Shown here: positions 10,448 to 18,941 of the stretch, in pieces
Position numbering within the stretch: the first letter of the stretch is position 1
Layout of the letters: each line of letters starts with the position of its first letter
Source of the DNA: Acaryochloris marina S15
GTDB taxonomy: Bacteria > Cyanobacteriota > Cyanobacteriia > Thermosynechococcales > Thermosynechococcaceae
DNA: 32,000 bases
NCBI RefSeq assembly: GCF_018336915.1
Contig: NZ_CP064926.1
Span: forward strand, 219,810-251,809
Reading direction: 5' to 3'
Notes under the pieces: generated by a model
The model's input: only the letters and a program-made list of their open reading frames with translations
Database searches by the model: none
What the model was told of the DNA's origin: nothing
Position numbers and translations under genes: made by a program

Positions 10448-10657
10448 TCAATGAATACCCAGTTCAATCACTGTGCCCACAATTTGATGTCCCAAAATAA
10501 GTGGTAGTTTTGGGTCTGGCAGCTCGCCATCAACAATATGTAAATCGGTTCGACAAACCTCACAAACATGAACCTGCAATAGAAGTTGGTGAGAATTGGG
10601 GTTGGGAATGGGGCGTTCTATACACTGGAGAAGTTGACCAGGGGCATCTAGTTGCAT
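10448..10657 (-). pseudogene. Zn-dependent alcohol dehydrogenase remnant (N-terminal GroES-like domain only, 69 codons)
   Basis: MQLDAPGQLLQCIERPIPNPNSHQLLLQVHVCEVCRTDLHIVDGELPDPKLPLILGHQIVGTVIELG matches the N-terminus of medium-chain Zn-ADHs, including the catalytic CxxCxTD region and the GH(E/Q)xxG motif. The frame stops after about 69 codons, and nothing ADH-like follows in 10309..10447. The longer track ORF (to 10726) reads into the IS4 end. Confidence 0.8.
10646..10657. repeat. Left copy of the 12-bp target-site duplication of the IS4-family element (atctagttgcat)
   Basis: It is identical to 12142..12153 and directly abuts the IS terminal inverted repeat. Confidence 0.8.
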
Positions 10658-12141
10658 CAATGTCACTGACTTAAGAAAGTAGAAAAGGGCTGTAAGTCTT
10701 GATAGATATAGAATCAAGACTTGCAATCCATCAATAATCTGCCTTCTACTATGTCTGAGTCAGCCGAAATTCTCAAGCACCAGTTTTCCCAAAGCCTGGG
10801 ATTGCCCTGGACGGATATTCTTCCTGCTTCAATGCTGACCGACATCCTAGCAGAGGAATCAATCTCTTATCGCAACCGTGTGTATACGCCCATCGTTACG
10901 TTGTGGGCCATGCTCTACCAAGCATTATCTGCAGACAAAAGCTTGCGCAACACGGTCAAATGCATCACCACCTGGCTCACTGCCGCAGGAATCCAACCCC
11001 CATCATCAGATACAGGAGCCTACAGTAAAGCCCGAGGAAGATTACCTGAGTCCCTGCTGCAACGGTTAATTCCCGAAACCGCTAACCACCTAGAGCAAAG
11101 CATTCCCCAAGAACACCACTGGTGTGATCGAACAGTGAAAGTCTATGACGGCACGACAGTGCTGATGGCTGATAGTGCGGCGAACCAAGGGGAGTATCCT
11201 CAACATGGCAATCAGGCTCCTAGCTGTGGATTCCCCATTGCCCGTTTAGTGGTGTTTTTTTGCTTAATCACAGGGGCAGTGGTCTCAGCCTGCATTGCCC
11301 CCTGGAGCATGAGTGAAATCGTCATCAGTCAGCTGCTTTATGAGGATCTGGAGGTTGATGATGTGGCCATAGCAGATCAAGCCTATGGCAGCTATGTTGA
11401 TCTAGCCCTGATTCAACAACAAGGAGCCGATGGGGTTTTACGTAAACATCATGCCCGTCATACAGACTTCCGTAAAGGACGTAAGAACGGGATAGGAGAC
11501 CACCAAGTTCAATGGCAAAAGCCCACACGGTGTCCCGCCCACATGAGTGCAACGGAGTTTGCAGAGATTCCCAAAACATTGACAGTCAGGGAGGTATCGC
11601 TACGTCTATCGCGTCGAGGCTTTCGAGACCAGTTCATTATCGTCGTCACGACTTTACTGGATGCTCAGCGCTATAGTGCTAAACAATTGACTCGCTTGTA
11701 CGGATGGCGATGGCAGGCGGCTGAAGTCAATTTGAGACACCTCAAAACCACCTTAAAGATGGAAATGCTCACGGCAAAGACACCTGAAATGGTGCGCAAG
11801 GATATTTGGTCTCATTTGCTAGGCTACAACTTATTGAGAAGTCTCATGGAACAGGCTGCCCCATGGGCAGAATATGACCGCTCTCGACTCTCTTTACAAG
11901 GGGCTCGACAACACTTTAATCAGATGCTGGTTTTGTTAGCAACGGCGACACAAGCGATACGTCAACGGTTGTATGCTCATCTGCTTGAAAATATTGCTAC
12001 TGACCTTCTGCCGGTTCGACCCCATCGGCTCGAACCCAGGGTCGTTAAACGAAGACCTAAGCCCTTCCCCAGAATGCGACAACCGCGCTCTGTCCTCAAA
12101 GCCAATCTGGCTGCTTGATTAAGCTTATCTCAGTGCCATTG
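10658..12141 (+). mobile_element. IS4-family insertion sequence (1484 bp)
   Basis: The terminal inverted repeats are caatgtcactgacttaag (10658..) and the revcomp of the right end, caatggcactgagataag (15/18 match). The element carries a single DDE transposase ORF and is flanked by a perfect 12-bp direct repeat. Confidence 0.85.
10751..12118 (+). CDS. IS4-family DDE transposase (455 aa from ATG; the ORF track starts at TTG 10721)
   Basis: Candidate DDE residues lie in VYDGTTVLMADS and DDVAIADQAYGSY. The C-terminal block is LYGWRWQAAEVNLRHLK, a YxxR..E..K-type motif. The overall layout matches IS4/IS4Sa-like transposases. Confidence 0.9.
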   Translation: MSESAEILKHQFSQSLGLPWTDILPASMLTDILAEESISYRNRVYTPIVTLWAMLYQALSADKSLRNTVKCITTWLTAAGIQPPSSDTGAYSKARGRLPESLLQRLIPETANHLEQSIPQEHHWCDRTVKVYDGTTVLMADSAANQGEYPQHGNQAPSCGFPIARLVVFFCLITGAVVSACIAPWSMSEIVISQLLYEDLEVDDVAIADQAYGSYVDLALIQQQGADGVLRKHHARHTDFRKGRKNGIGDHQVQWQKPTRCPAHMSATEFAEIPKTLTVREVSLRLSRRGFRDQFIIVVTTLLDAQRYSAKQLTRLYGWRWQAAEVNLRHLKTTLKMEMLTAKTPEMVRKDIWSHLLGYNLLRSLMEQAAPWAEYDRSRLSLQGARQHFNQMLVLLATATQAIRQRLYAHLLENIATDLLPVRPHRLEPRVVKRRPKPFPRMRQPRSVLKANLAA

Positions 12142-12153
12142 ATCTAGTTGCAT
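12142..12153. repeat. Right copy of the 12-bp target-site duplication of the IS4-family element
   Basis: atctagttgcat, identical to 10646..10657. Its revcomp is ATGCAACTAGAT, encoding M-Q-L-D of the ADH. Confidence 0.8.
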
Positions 12154-12162
12154 TGCTCGCAT
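12142..12162 (-). pseudogene. Orphaned 5' stub of the same alcohol dehydrogenase gene (native start codon and SD)
   Basis: The revcomp reads GGAGG-aatcagca-ATGCGAGCAATGCAACTAGAT, encoding MRAMQLD. This continues exactly into the 10657.. fragment once the IS and one TSD copy are removed. Confidence 0.6.
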
Positions 12163-12355
12163 TGCTGATTCCTCCAAGGCTAGATGTAGATCGCTCAATA
12201 CTTTTGGGGCAGGGGATCTCCTCACAAATTCATCAAGTTTATTTCTTAAAGTCAAAGTAGAAGGAGATGACTCCCCAACCATTTCAAACATAACGGTGCT
12301 TTATAAAACTTCTGTGGGGAGCATCCCAAACCAGTTGTGACAGCGAGGAGGCGTA

Positions 12356-12844
12356 ATGATGTCTATTGTCCTTCGTGATCCGTTCCGTAGTTTTGAACGC
12401 ATGTATCCATTAGGTTGGGAACCTTTTCAAGAACTGGAAAGCTGGCAACGAGAGATGGATCGGATGTTTGGACGGTTAATGCCAATTTCTAAAGGGGATG
12501 GAGAAAAGAGTCTTACCTTTATGCCATCTGCGGAAATGGACGAAACCGATCAAGAAATCCATCTCAAATTTGAACTTCCTGGTCTTGATGCTAAGGATCT
12601 TGACATTGAAGTCACCAAAGATGCCGTTTTCATCCGAGGAGAACGCAAGACTGAAATTGAAGCAGAGTCAGAAGGGACCGTTCGATCTGAATTCCACTAT
12701 GGAAAATTTGAACGCGTTATCCCCATGCCCAGCCCCATTAAGACCGATAACGTTCAAGCAGAATTCAACAATGGGGTCTTGAGTCTCACCTTAGCGAAGT
12801 CTGAGGAGGATATGAAAAAGTCCGTTAAAGTAGCAATTAGCTAG
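12356..12844 (+). CDS. hspA: Small heat-shock protein, Hsp20/alpha-crystallin family
   Basis: The alpha-crystallin domain is FELPGLDAKDLDIEVTKDAVFIRGERK...GKFERVIPMPSPIKTDNVQAEFNNGVLSLTLAK. A strong SD (GAGGAGG) lies 5 nt upstream of the ATG. Confidence 0.93.
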   Translation: MMSIVLRDPFRSFERMYPLGWEPFQELESWQREMDRMFGRLMPISKGDGEKSLTFMPSAEMDETDQEIHLKFELPGLDAKDLDIEVTKDAVFIRGERKTEIEAESEGTVRSEFHYGKFERVIPMPSPIKTDNVQAEFNNGVLSLTLAKSEEDMKKSVKVAIS

Positions 12845-12868
12845 ATTCTTAATTACTGTTTCGTGAGG

Positions 12869-12905
12869 CTGTGATCGCACCTTGAATATGAAGATGCGAT
12901 CACAG
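12869..12905 (+). terminator. Perfect 11-bp stem hairpin 25 nt downstream of hspA (possible terminator)
   Basis: The stems ctgtgatcgca and tgcgatcacag flank a 15-nt loop. No clear T-tract follows, so terminator function is uncertain. Confidence 0.4.
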
Positions 12906-13098
12906 TGCTAATTGCTGGATTAATTTACAGATCACTGTCTTGTGACCCATGCTCTAGCCCCGAGAAAAAAACCGTGAGGTATTGCGAACCAGTCATGAGA
13001 AGTACTTGGCTATGTCCGACTCTGATGTTCCTGATACCAATTTGTGTTTTGGGATGTAATTTAGATAGGATCTAATCCTATGTTCATTCCATAAGTAT

Positions 13099-13632
13099 AT
13101 GAGTCGAGTTAGTACAGTTAAACCGCATCTAACAGTGGATGAGGTGAAAGACAAAATTGCTACGGCTCCGACTGCCCGCTGTCAGCAAAAATGGATGATT
13201 ATTTATAACGCCCTGGTAGATCCTCGCCCAGCTATCGAAATAGCCACGCATACTGCTACTAGTCTTCGAACGGTCCATCAGGTGATTTCCGCTTACAATC
13301 GCCTAGGAGCAGCAGCAATTGCTCCTAGGGCTAAACGGAAGAAGAATCCCGGTGCTTATCTGAGTATCGAAGAAGAGATTGAATTTTTAGAATCGTTTAT
13401 TGAACGTGCTCAACAAGGTCATTTAACAACGGTTCAAGAGATCCAAACGGCCTTTGAGACTAAAGTGGAGACGTCAGTGGCACCCAGTACTATCTATCGT
13501 TTGCTAGACCGACACGGATGGCGCAAACTCATGCCTCGTCCGTCCCATCCCAATGGAAACAAAGCGGCACGAGAGGCTTTTAAAAAACTTTCGGGGGCTG
13601 GTCCAAACCGCTGTAGCAGATCGCTCAGCTGA
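13099..13632 (+). CDS. IS630-family transposase, N-terminal HTH part (orfA)
   Basis: A helix-turn-helix region (IATHTATSLRTVHQVISAYNRLG) is followed by ...HPNGNKAAREAFKK. The frame is then lost relative to the catalytic part. Confidence 0.8.
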   Translation: MSRVSTVKPHLTVDEVKDKIATAPTARCQQKWMIIYNALVDPRPAIEIATHTATSLRTVHQVISAYNRLGAAAIAPRAKRKKNPGAYLSIEEEIEFLESFIERAQQGHLTTVQEIQTAFETKVETSVAPSTIYRLLDRHGWRKLMPRPSHPNGNKAAREAFKKLSGAGPNRCSRSLS

Positions 13633-14161
13633 AGACCAACGTCCCATTGTGATCATGGCAGCAGACGAAGGGCGCTTTGGTCGTCTAGGGCAAGTAAGAA
13701 GAGCTTGGTGTGCTCCTGGAATTCGACCCGAAAGTGGGCAGCAGCTTGTCCGTGAATATCTCTATGGCTATGTTGCTGTTGCTCCTGCGTTAGGAAAGAT
13801 GAGTGCTTTAGTCTTACCCTTTTCCAATACTCAGATGATGAACTTATTCCTAGCACAAGTGGCGGATGAATTTTCAGACTATTTTGTGGTGATGCAGGTC
13901 GATGGAGCGTCTTACCACACCGGAAAGAAGCTCGTCATTCCAGACAATATACGCTTGATTGTTCAGCCTCCTCGAAGTCCACAACTCAATGCTGTAGAGC
14001 ATATCTGGGAGGAGGTGAAAGAAAAGCACTTCTACAATCAGGTTTTTGATTCTTTAGATGAGGTATCCGATACCTTGTGCAAGGGACTCAAAGAACTCAT
14101 GGATTTACCCGATAGGCTGACTTCTATGACCAATTTTCCTCATATGAGAATTACGATTTAA
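13553..14161 (+). CDS. IS630-family transposase, DDE catalytic part (orfB, +1 frame relative to orfA)
   Basis: The DD(35)E-type residues are MAADEGRFG, MQVDGASYH and PPRSPQLNAVEHIWEEVKEK. Homologous sequence starts at ...NFRGLVQTAV, right after the A6 tract at 13582..13587. Confidence 0.8.
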   Translation: METKRHERLLKNFRGLVQTAVADRSAEDQRPIVIMAADEGRFGRLGQVRRAWCAPGIRPESGQQLVREYLYGYVAVAPALGKMSALVLPFSNTQMMNLFLAQVADEFSDYFVVMQVDGASYHTGKKLVIPDNIRLIVQPPRSPQLNAVEHIWEEVKEKHFYNQVFDSLDEVSDTLCKGLKELMDLPDRLTSMTNFPHMRITI

Positions 14162-14390
14162 AACGCAAATTGGTATGACACCTTTTTCGACATAGTTCAT
14201 ACCTTGTTCTAAGGTGCTCCATAAGCTATTCGCTAAAATGGCACTATCTTACAGGTCTCTTGCTAAGCGCAAACTTGGCCTTTTCCTGCAGCCTTAAGTG
14301 GATGGTGTTATTGACGCATAAAGGCAGGAATTTTCACATGAATACTAAATCAGGTTATTTGTTCGGAGCAAAGCAGCACAGGCTCTACTA

Positions 14391-15623
14391 TAGATCTACA
14401 GATAAAGATCCGTGATTAGCTAGGCAGCTTGTGTACCCAAGGTTTTGCAATATTTGCCCATTAAGACAGTAATTTCATTGGGAGTCTGACTAAAGTACAG
14501 TAGCCCCTCATCGACCTGCTGAACTAAGTCATCAAATTGCTTGAAGAACCGTAGGTGTGTGCTGCGTTTTTTGAGTTTCTTCCACAAGAATTCAATTGGG
14601 TTGAAGTCAGGAGAATATGTGGGTAATTGGAAAGGAGTAAGGCGAGCGGATTGCTGGTCAAAGAACTGCTTAGTTGCTTTACTGGTGTGATATCTAGCCC
14701 CGTCCTGAATGAGAATAATATGCTTGTGAGTCTGCTGGAGTACTTGAGTTAGAAAAGCAGTATACCCTTCAGAATTGAAGCGTCCCGTCTGACCTTGATA
14801 GAAGAACTGACCAGAATGATAATCAATTAATCCAAACACCTTGTAAGCCTTCCGTTTACCACTGGTGGGCAATGTTGGCTGGTCTCCACGAAGACTCCAG
14901 GTGTAGCTTAACGACCCCCACTGCGCAAAACTGGCCTCATCCCCAAATAAAATTAGGGCATCTTTGGCTGCTGATAAACGCAAAATCTCAGGCCATTTGT
15001 GTGTCATCCATTCTTGTCGCTTGGCTTCATTGAGATGAGCTGCAACAAACCGTGCTCTTTGAAATGAAAAGCCTAAGTTCCTCAGTAGAGTACTCACATA
15101 ATGGGGATGATAGGAAACATTGAAGCGTTTCGCAATCAGGTCTTGAACCATTAATGCACTCCAACAACCACACTCGTATCCAGCTTTGAGCGGACCTGCT
15201 TTAATCCATGACTTGAGCTGTTGTCGTTGCCGTGGAGTGAGTTTGCTGCGACGTCCTTGAGACGCTTTGTATCTAAAGCTAGCGATACCTCGTTTTAGAA
15301 ATGCATGCAGATAATCCCTGATCGTTTGTTCGCCTAGTGCCAATGTTTCAGCTACCTGTGCCACTGAACCACCTTGACCAAGCTGCAATAAAGCACTAAT
15401 ACGTTTGACCAGACGTAAATTCTGACTCCCGTATGCCTGGCGCAGTTTAGCTTCAATCTTTTGCGTGTTGATTGGGTAAAGCGCAGTTTGAATTGTGCGA
15501 GCATACTGGATGACCTCTGATAATCTTGAAATCCTTGCCAGAGCTAAGAGTATCAGGAGCTAGTTACTATATTTAATGAAGATGTAGTGTCGCTAAAACC
15601 ACGGATGCTTTTCTGAAGATCTA
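14391..15623 (-). mobile_element. IS630-family insertion sequence, type B, copy 1 (1233 bp)
   Basis: The terminal inverted repeats match at 22/26 positions. They are tatagatctacagataaagatccgtg and the revcomp of the other end, tatagatcttcagaaaagcatccgtg. TA flanks lie at 14389..14390 and 15624..15625. The copy is near-identical to 29531..30762. Confidence 0.9.
14420..15504 (-). pseudogene. IS630-family DDE transposase, frameshifted near the 5' end (T4 at 15459..15462; copy 2 has T5)
   Basis: The track ORF 14420..15388 contains FGDEASF, IQDGARYH and YSPDFNPIEFLWKKLKKRSTHLRFF. The first ~38 codons (MLAQFKLRFTQSTRKK..., as in copy 2) start at 15504 but are out of frame. Confidence 0.85.
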
Positions 15624-16440
15624 TATCGAGCTTGGTTTCACGAACATCCTCCTCAAGCTGCGGTGGCAATCATCCACGGCCTCGGTAGCCATGGCAGTAC
15701 TTTTATAAATGCGGTCAATACCTTTGTTCCTCAGGATTATGCGGTCTATGTCTTAGATCTACGGGGGCATGGTCGCTCTTCTGGAGAGCGAGGCTATATC
15801 AACCACTGGTCAGAGTTTAGAGCCGATTTTCACATGTTTCTGCAGTTAGTTGAGTACCAACAGCCTAACGTTCCTCTCTTTGCCTGGGGACATAGTCTAG
15901 GCGGTGTAATTGTTCTGGATTACGTCCTACATTATTCCCATCAGCTGTTGGGCATCATTGTATCCGGTCTACCCATGGGAGCTGTTGGTGTTTTACCCTG
16001 GAAGTTAGCAATCGCTAGTCTTCTATCACAGCTATGGCCTCGATTTTCTCTCAATACGGGCATCGATCTAGCCAGTAATTCTAGCGATCCAGCCATCCTT
16101 CTAGACTATTCTCAGGATCCCCTGCAGCACACTCAAGGAACAGCTCGGTTAGCCACTGAGTTTCTCCGCACTCAAGCCGAATTACAAGCCCAGGCAACAA
16201 ATATCCGTCTACCGCTGTTGATGCTCCATGGCAGCAACGATCAGACCGCTTCTCTCACCGAGAGCATAGCCTTTTTTCAAAAGGTCGGTAGCAAGACTAA
16301 ACAACATCTAGAATATCCAGGAGCCTTTCACGACTTACACGCTGATCTGGATGCCCAAACAGTACTCGCTGATATAAGCCAATGGCTTCGTCAGCAGCTC
16401 ACAACCTTTCAGAAGACCAAGGAACGACAGCTTAGTATAG

Positions 16441-16581
16441 TCAGCCTTTTGTGGTCTCTTCCAAAGAGCGAATGAATTCACGAATGATATCGGTCTTGGT
16501 CCGATGTGTTTTTTTCGCATAGCGGTCCAATATTTTTAGTTCATACTCTGGAACTCTTATGCAAAGCTGATTCTGGGCCAT
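16441..16581 (-). CDS. Small ribbon-helix-helix (CopG/Arc-like) DNA-binding protein, 46 aa; not in ORF track
   Basis: My translation is MAQNQLCIRVPEYELKILDRYAKKTHRTKTDIIREFIRSLEETTKG*. It shows the beta-strand, helix, helix pattern of RHH proteins. The 3' end overlaps the convergent hydrolase gene by 35 nt. A near-palindrome lies just upstream (16584..16602). Confidence 0.5.
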   Translation of the reverse strand: MAQNQLCIRVPEYELKILDRYAKKTHRTKTDIIREFIRSLEETTKG

Positions 16582-16864
16582 ATGTATAGATATATGCTAT
16601 ACTGCGATTGTACCTTAAAAATTGTCATTCAACGCTACTGAGCATCTTTTAAGGTTCCAATTCAATGACCACGCTGTATTGATGCTATTCAAAATTATTC
16701 AAGCAGTGCTTCGGCATCGCTAATGCTCCTTATTGTTGTAGAAATAAGAAATTAGATCGCGTAGCTTTGCCAGAAGCCATCTCACATCAATGAAAGCGCG
16801 GAATGGTTGAGGAGACCTAGCACCGTTTGTGGAAGAGAGTCGCAAGTAGTGGCTCAAGCGGATC

Positions 16865-18904
16865 ATGTTTACACCCAACGAGATTTACTGCCCACCCCCG
16901 CAGCCCGAGCATGAGGTCTTAGGGCGAACCCTACCATCACTGCTCGATGAAGCCTGCAAGAGCCATCCGAACGCCCAGGCATTTAATCATTGGACGAGAG
17001 AAGGCTGGGAACCCGTCTCATCACGGGCGTTCTGTACAACCACAGAGGAAATCGCTTTGGGCCTAAAAGAACTTGGGCTAGAGACGGGCGATCGCATTGC
17101 CTTACTGATGCACAGTGATGTCAACTTCTGCCTAGCCGATATGGGCAGCTTGCTGGCACGCCTGATCAACGTCCCTGTTTATATGGGTGAAACACCCGAA
17201 AACATGGTGTTTATTTTGCAGCACAGTGGTGCAACAGCCCTGATGTTGTCTGATCTGCAGGTGTTGAAGCAAGTTGCCCCTTGCCTACATGAAGTATCTA
17301 CTCTGAAATTTGTTTTTATTGCTAATGGCCTTAACTCTTCGACTACTGAGGATGCTTTAACAAAACTTCGCGTCGATATTCCAGAGAGTATCCAGCTAAT
17401 TTCTTTGTCTACCGTGCGGGCGTGGGGGATAGAGCAATGGTCAGATCAATCCCGGAAGAATTTAAGGGCCGAGATTTCACCTGAAGATGTGGCCACGATT
17501 GTCTATGTTGCTGGTGCGACGGGACGTTGTCAGGCATTTAGAAGCCAGGTATTGCCTATCTTTCAGGCAGTGACGGCCCTTAGACAGCGACTACAGCACG
17601 GTGCCCCCTACCTGTGTGAACTTCCAAAAGGGGTCATGCTTACCCATGAAAATCTGGCAGGGAATGCGCTGGCAGCGTTTAGCATTATGCCGGGTCTTCG
17701 AACCGGTCCCCAGGAAACGGTCCTTTCTTTTCTGCCGCTCACCCACGTTTTTGCTCGAGTAATGCTGTACGGGCATCTGAGTTATGGTCATACGATTTAT
17801 TTCACGACGCCCCAGCGGATCGTTAAACATTTACGGGAAATCCAGCCTACCATTTTATCCACAGTGCCGCGTCTTTTAGAAAAGGTCTATCAAAAGATTC
17901 AGGAGCGAGGCCAACCATTGCCCCGTTTCAAACAGATAATCCTCAAGTGGGCGATCGATCTAGCTCAGCGATACCAGCTGGGACGTCAGTCTCACGGGCT
18001 CTATACCTTGCAGCTAAAACTAGCCGATCAGTTCGTGTATCGCCAATGGCGTCAAGGATTTGGGGGCGTCTCAGGTTCCTCCTTTGTGGCGGTGCTGCCC
18101 TCAAACCAGAGTTAGCCACGGTCTTCTCTGCTGCCGGAATTCCAGTCCTTCAAGGGTATGGTCTCACTCAAACGAGTGCTGTGCTGTGCGTGAATCGAGG
18201 GGAACTGAATCGAGCTGGAACAGTAGGGGTGCCTATCCCTGGTGTTGAAATTGAGATCGCACCCGATGACGAAATCTTGGCCAAAGCCCCTACGTGATGA
18301 AAGGCTATTACAATAATCCAGTTGCAACCCAAGAAGCCATTGACGCGAAGGGCTGGTTCCATACTGGCGACTATGGAGAGATAACTGATGATGGATTCTT
18401 GACCATTACCGGCCAGAAAAAAGTCTCTTTAAACTATCAACCGGTAAGTATGTAGCCCCTGAGCGCATTGAGCATCATCTTGTTCAATCCCCGTTAGTGG
18501 ATTGGGCTTTGGCTGTGGGTAATCAGCGCCCTTACTGTGGTCTGCTCATTTTTCCCAATCGACGGAGACTGCAAAGATTGGCCAAGAAGCTGGGGTTACA
18601 TCTTCCCCTTAACGAGATCGTAGACCATCCGCAGATTGTTGCTGAATATCAGTTACTGATCGATGCGGCTAATCAGAAACTCCCGGCGTGGTCAAGGATA
18701 AAACGCATTCGCCTAATACTTGAAACACTCACCGTTACCCATGGATTACTGACACCCTCCCGACGACTCGATCGGGAATCAACCTGCACAGCCTTCGCTG
18801 AAGAGATTGAGGATCTGTATAGCACGGTTGTGCCTTCTAGGATCCAGTCAGTTACTTCCCCTATCCTACCAGCATCTGCATCGCTGACGTTGGAAGCTTC
18901 TTAG
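16865..18904 (+). pseudogene. Long-chain fatty-acid-CoA ligase (ACSL/FadD-like AMP-binding enzyme), broken by three single-base frameshifts
   Basis: The pieces lie in frames 2, 1, 0 and 2. They contain ...PKGVMLTHENL..., [77 protein letters not shown] and [14 protein letters not shown]. The track ORFs 16865..18115, 17947..18297 and 18497..18904 are fragments of this one gene. Confidence 0.85.
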
Positions 18905-18941
18905 GGCTTCATTCCTGCTGAATTTATTGAGGTTTGTTGTT

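Larger units (their letters stand above)
13037..14173 (+). mobile_element. IS630-family insertion sequence, type A (1137 bp)
   Basis: Imperfect terminal inverted repeats: ccaatttgtgtttt... on the left and ccaatttgcgtttt... as the revcomp of the right end. TA dinucleotides flank both ends (13035..13036 and 14174..14175), the IS630/Tc1-mariner target signature. Confidence 0.85.
14338..16475 (+). pseudogene. Alpha/beta-hydrolase (lysophospholipase/monoacylglycerol-lipase type) interrupted by IS630 type B copy 1
   Basis: The 5' piece 14338..14390 encodes MNTKSGYLFGAKQHRLY. The 3' piece 15626..16475 encodes RAWFHEHPPQAAVAIIHGLGSHGS...GHSLGG...HGSNDQ...FHDLH. Removing the IS and one TA gives an uninterrupted 300-codon frame (...RLYYRAWFHE...). 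Confidence 0.85.

Noticed and set aside
10448-10726. The 92-aa track ORF as a complete small protein.
   Set aside because: Its first 23 codons (MQVLILYLSRLTALFYFLKSVTL) are read from the IS4 terminal sequence. The genuine part starts at MQLD (10657) and is a truncated ADH N-terminal domain.
12906-14222. A 52-codon minus-strand ORF that would be restored across the IS630 type A insertion site (MEHLRTRYELCRKRCHIRNIRVGHSQ...).
   Set aside because: It has Arg/Cys-rich improbable composition, no SD and no recognisable family. It is most likely a chance ORF, so I cannot say that IS630 type A disrupted a gene.
16613-16654. An inverted repeat (ccttaaaa ... ttttaagg) upstream of the fad cluster as a regulatory element.
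   Set aside because: It is only 8 AT-rich bp with a 26-nt loop, and I cannot tie it to any known operator.
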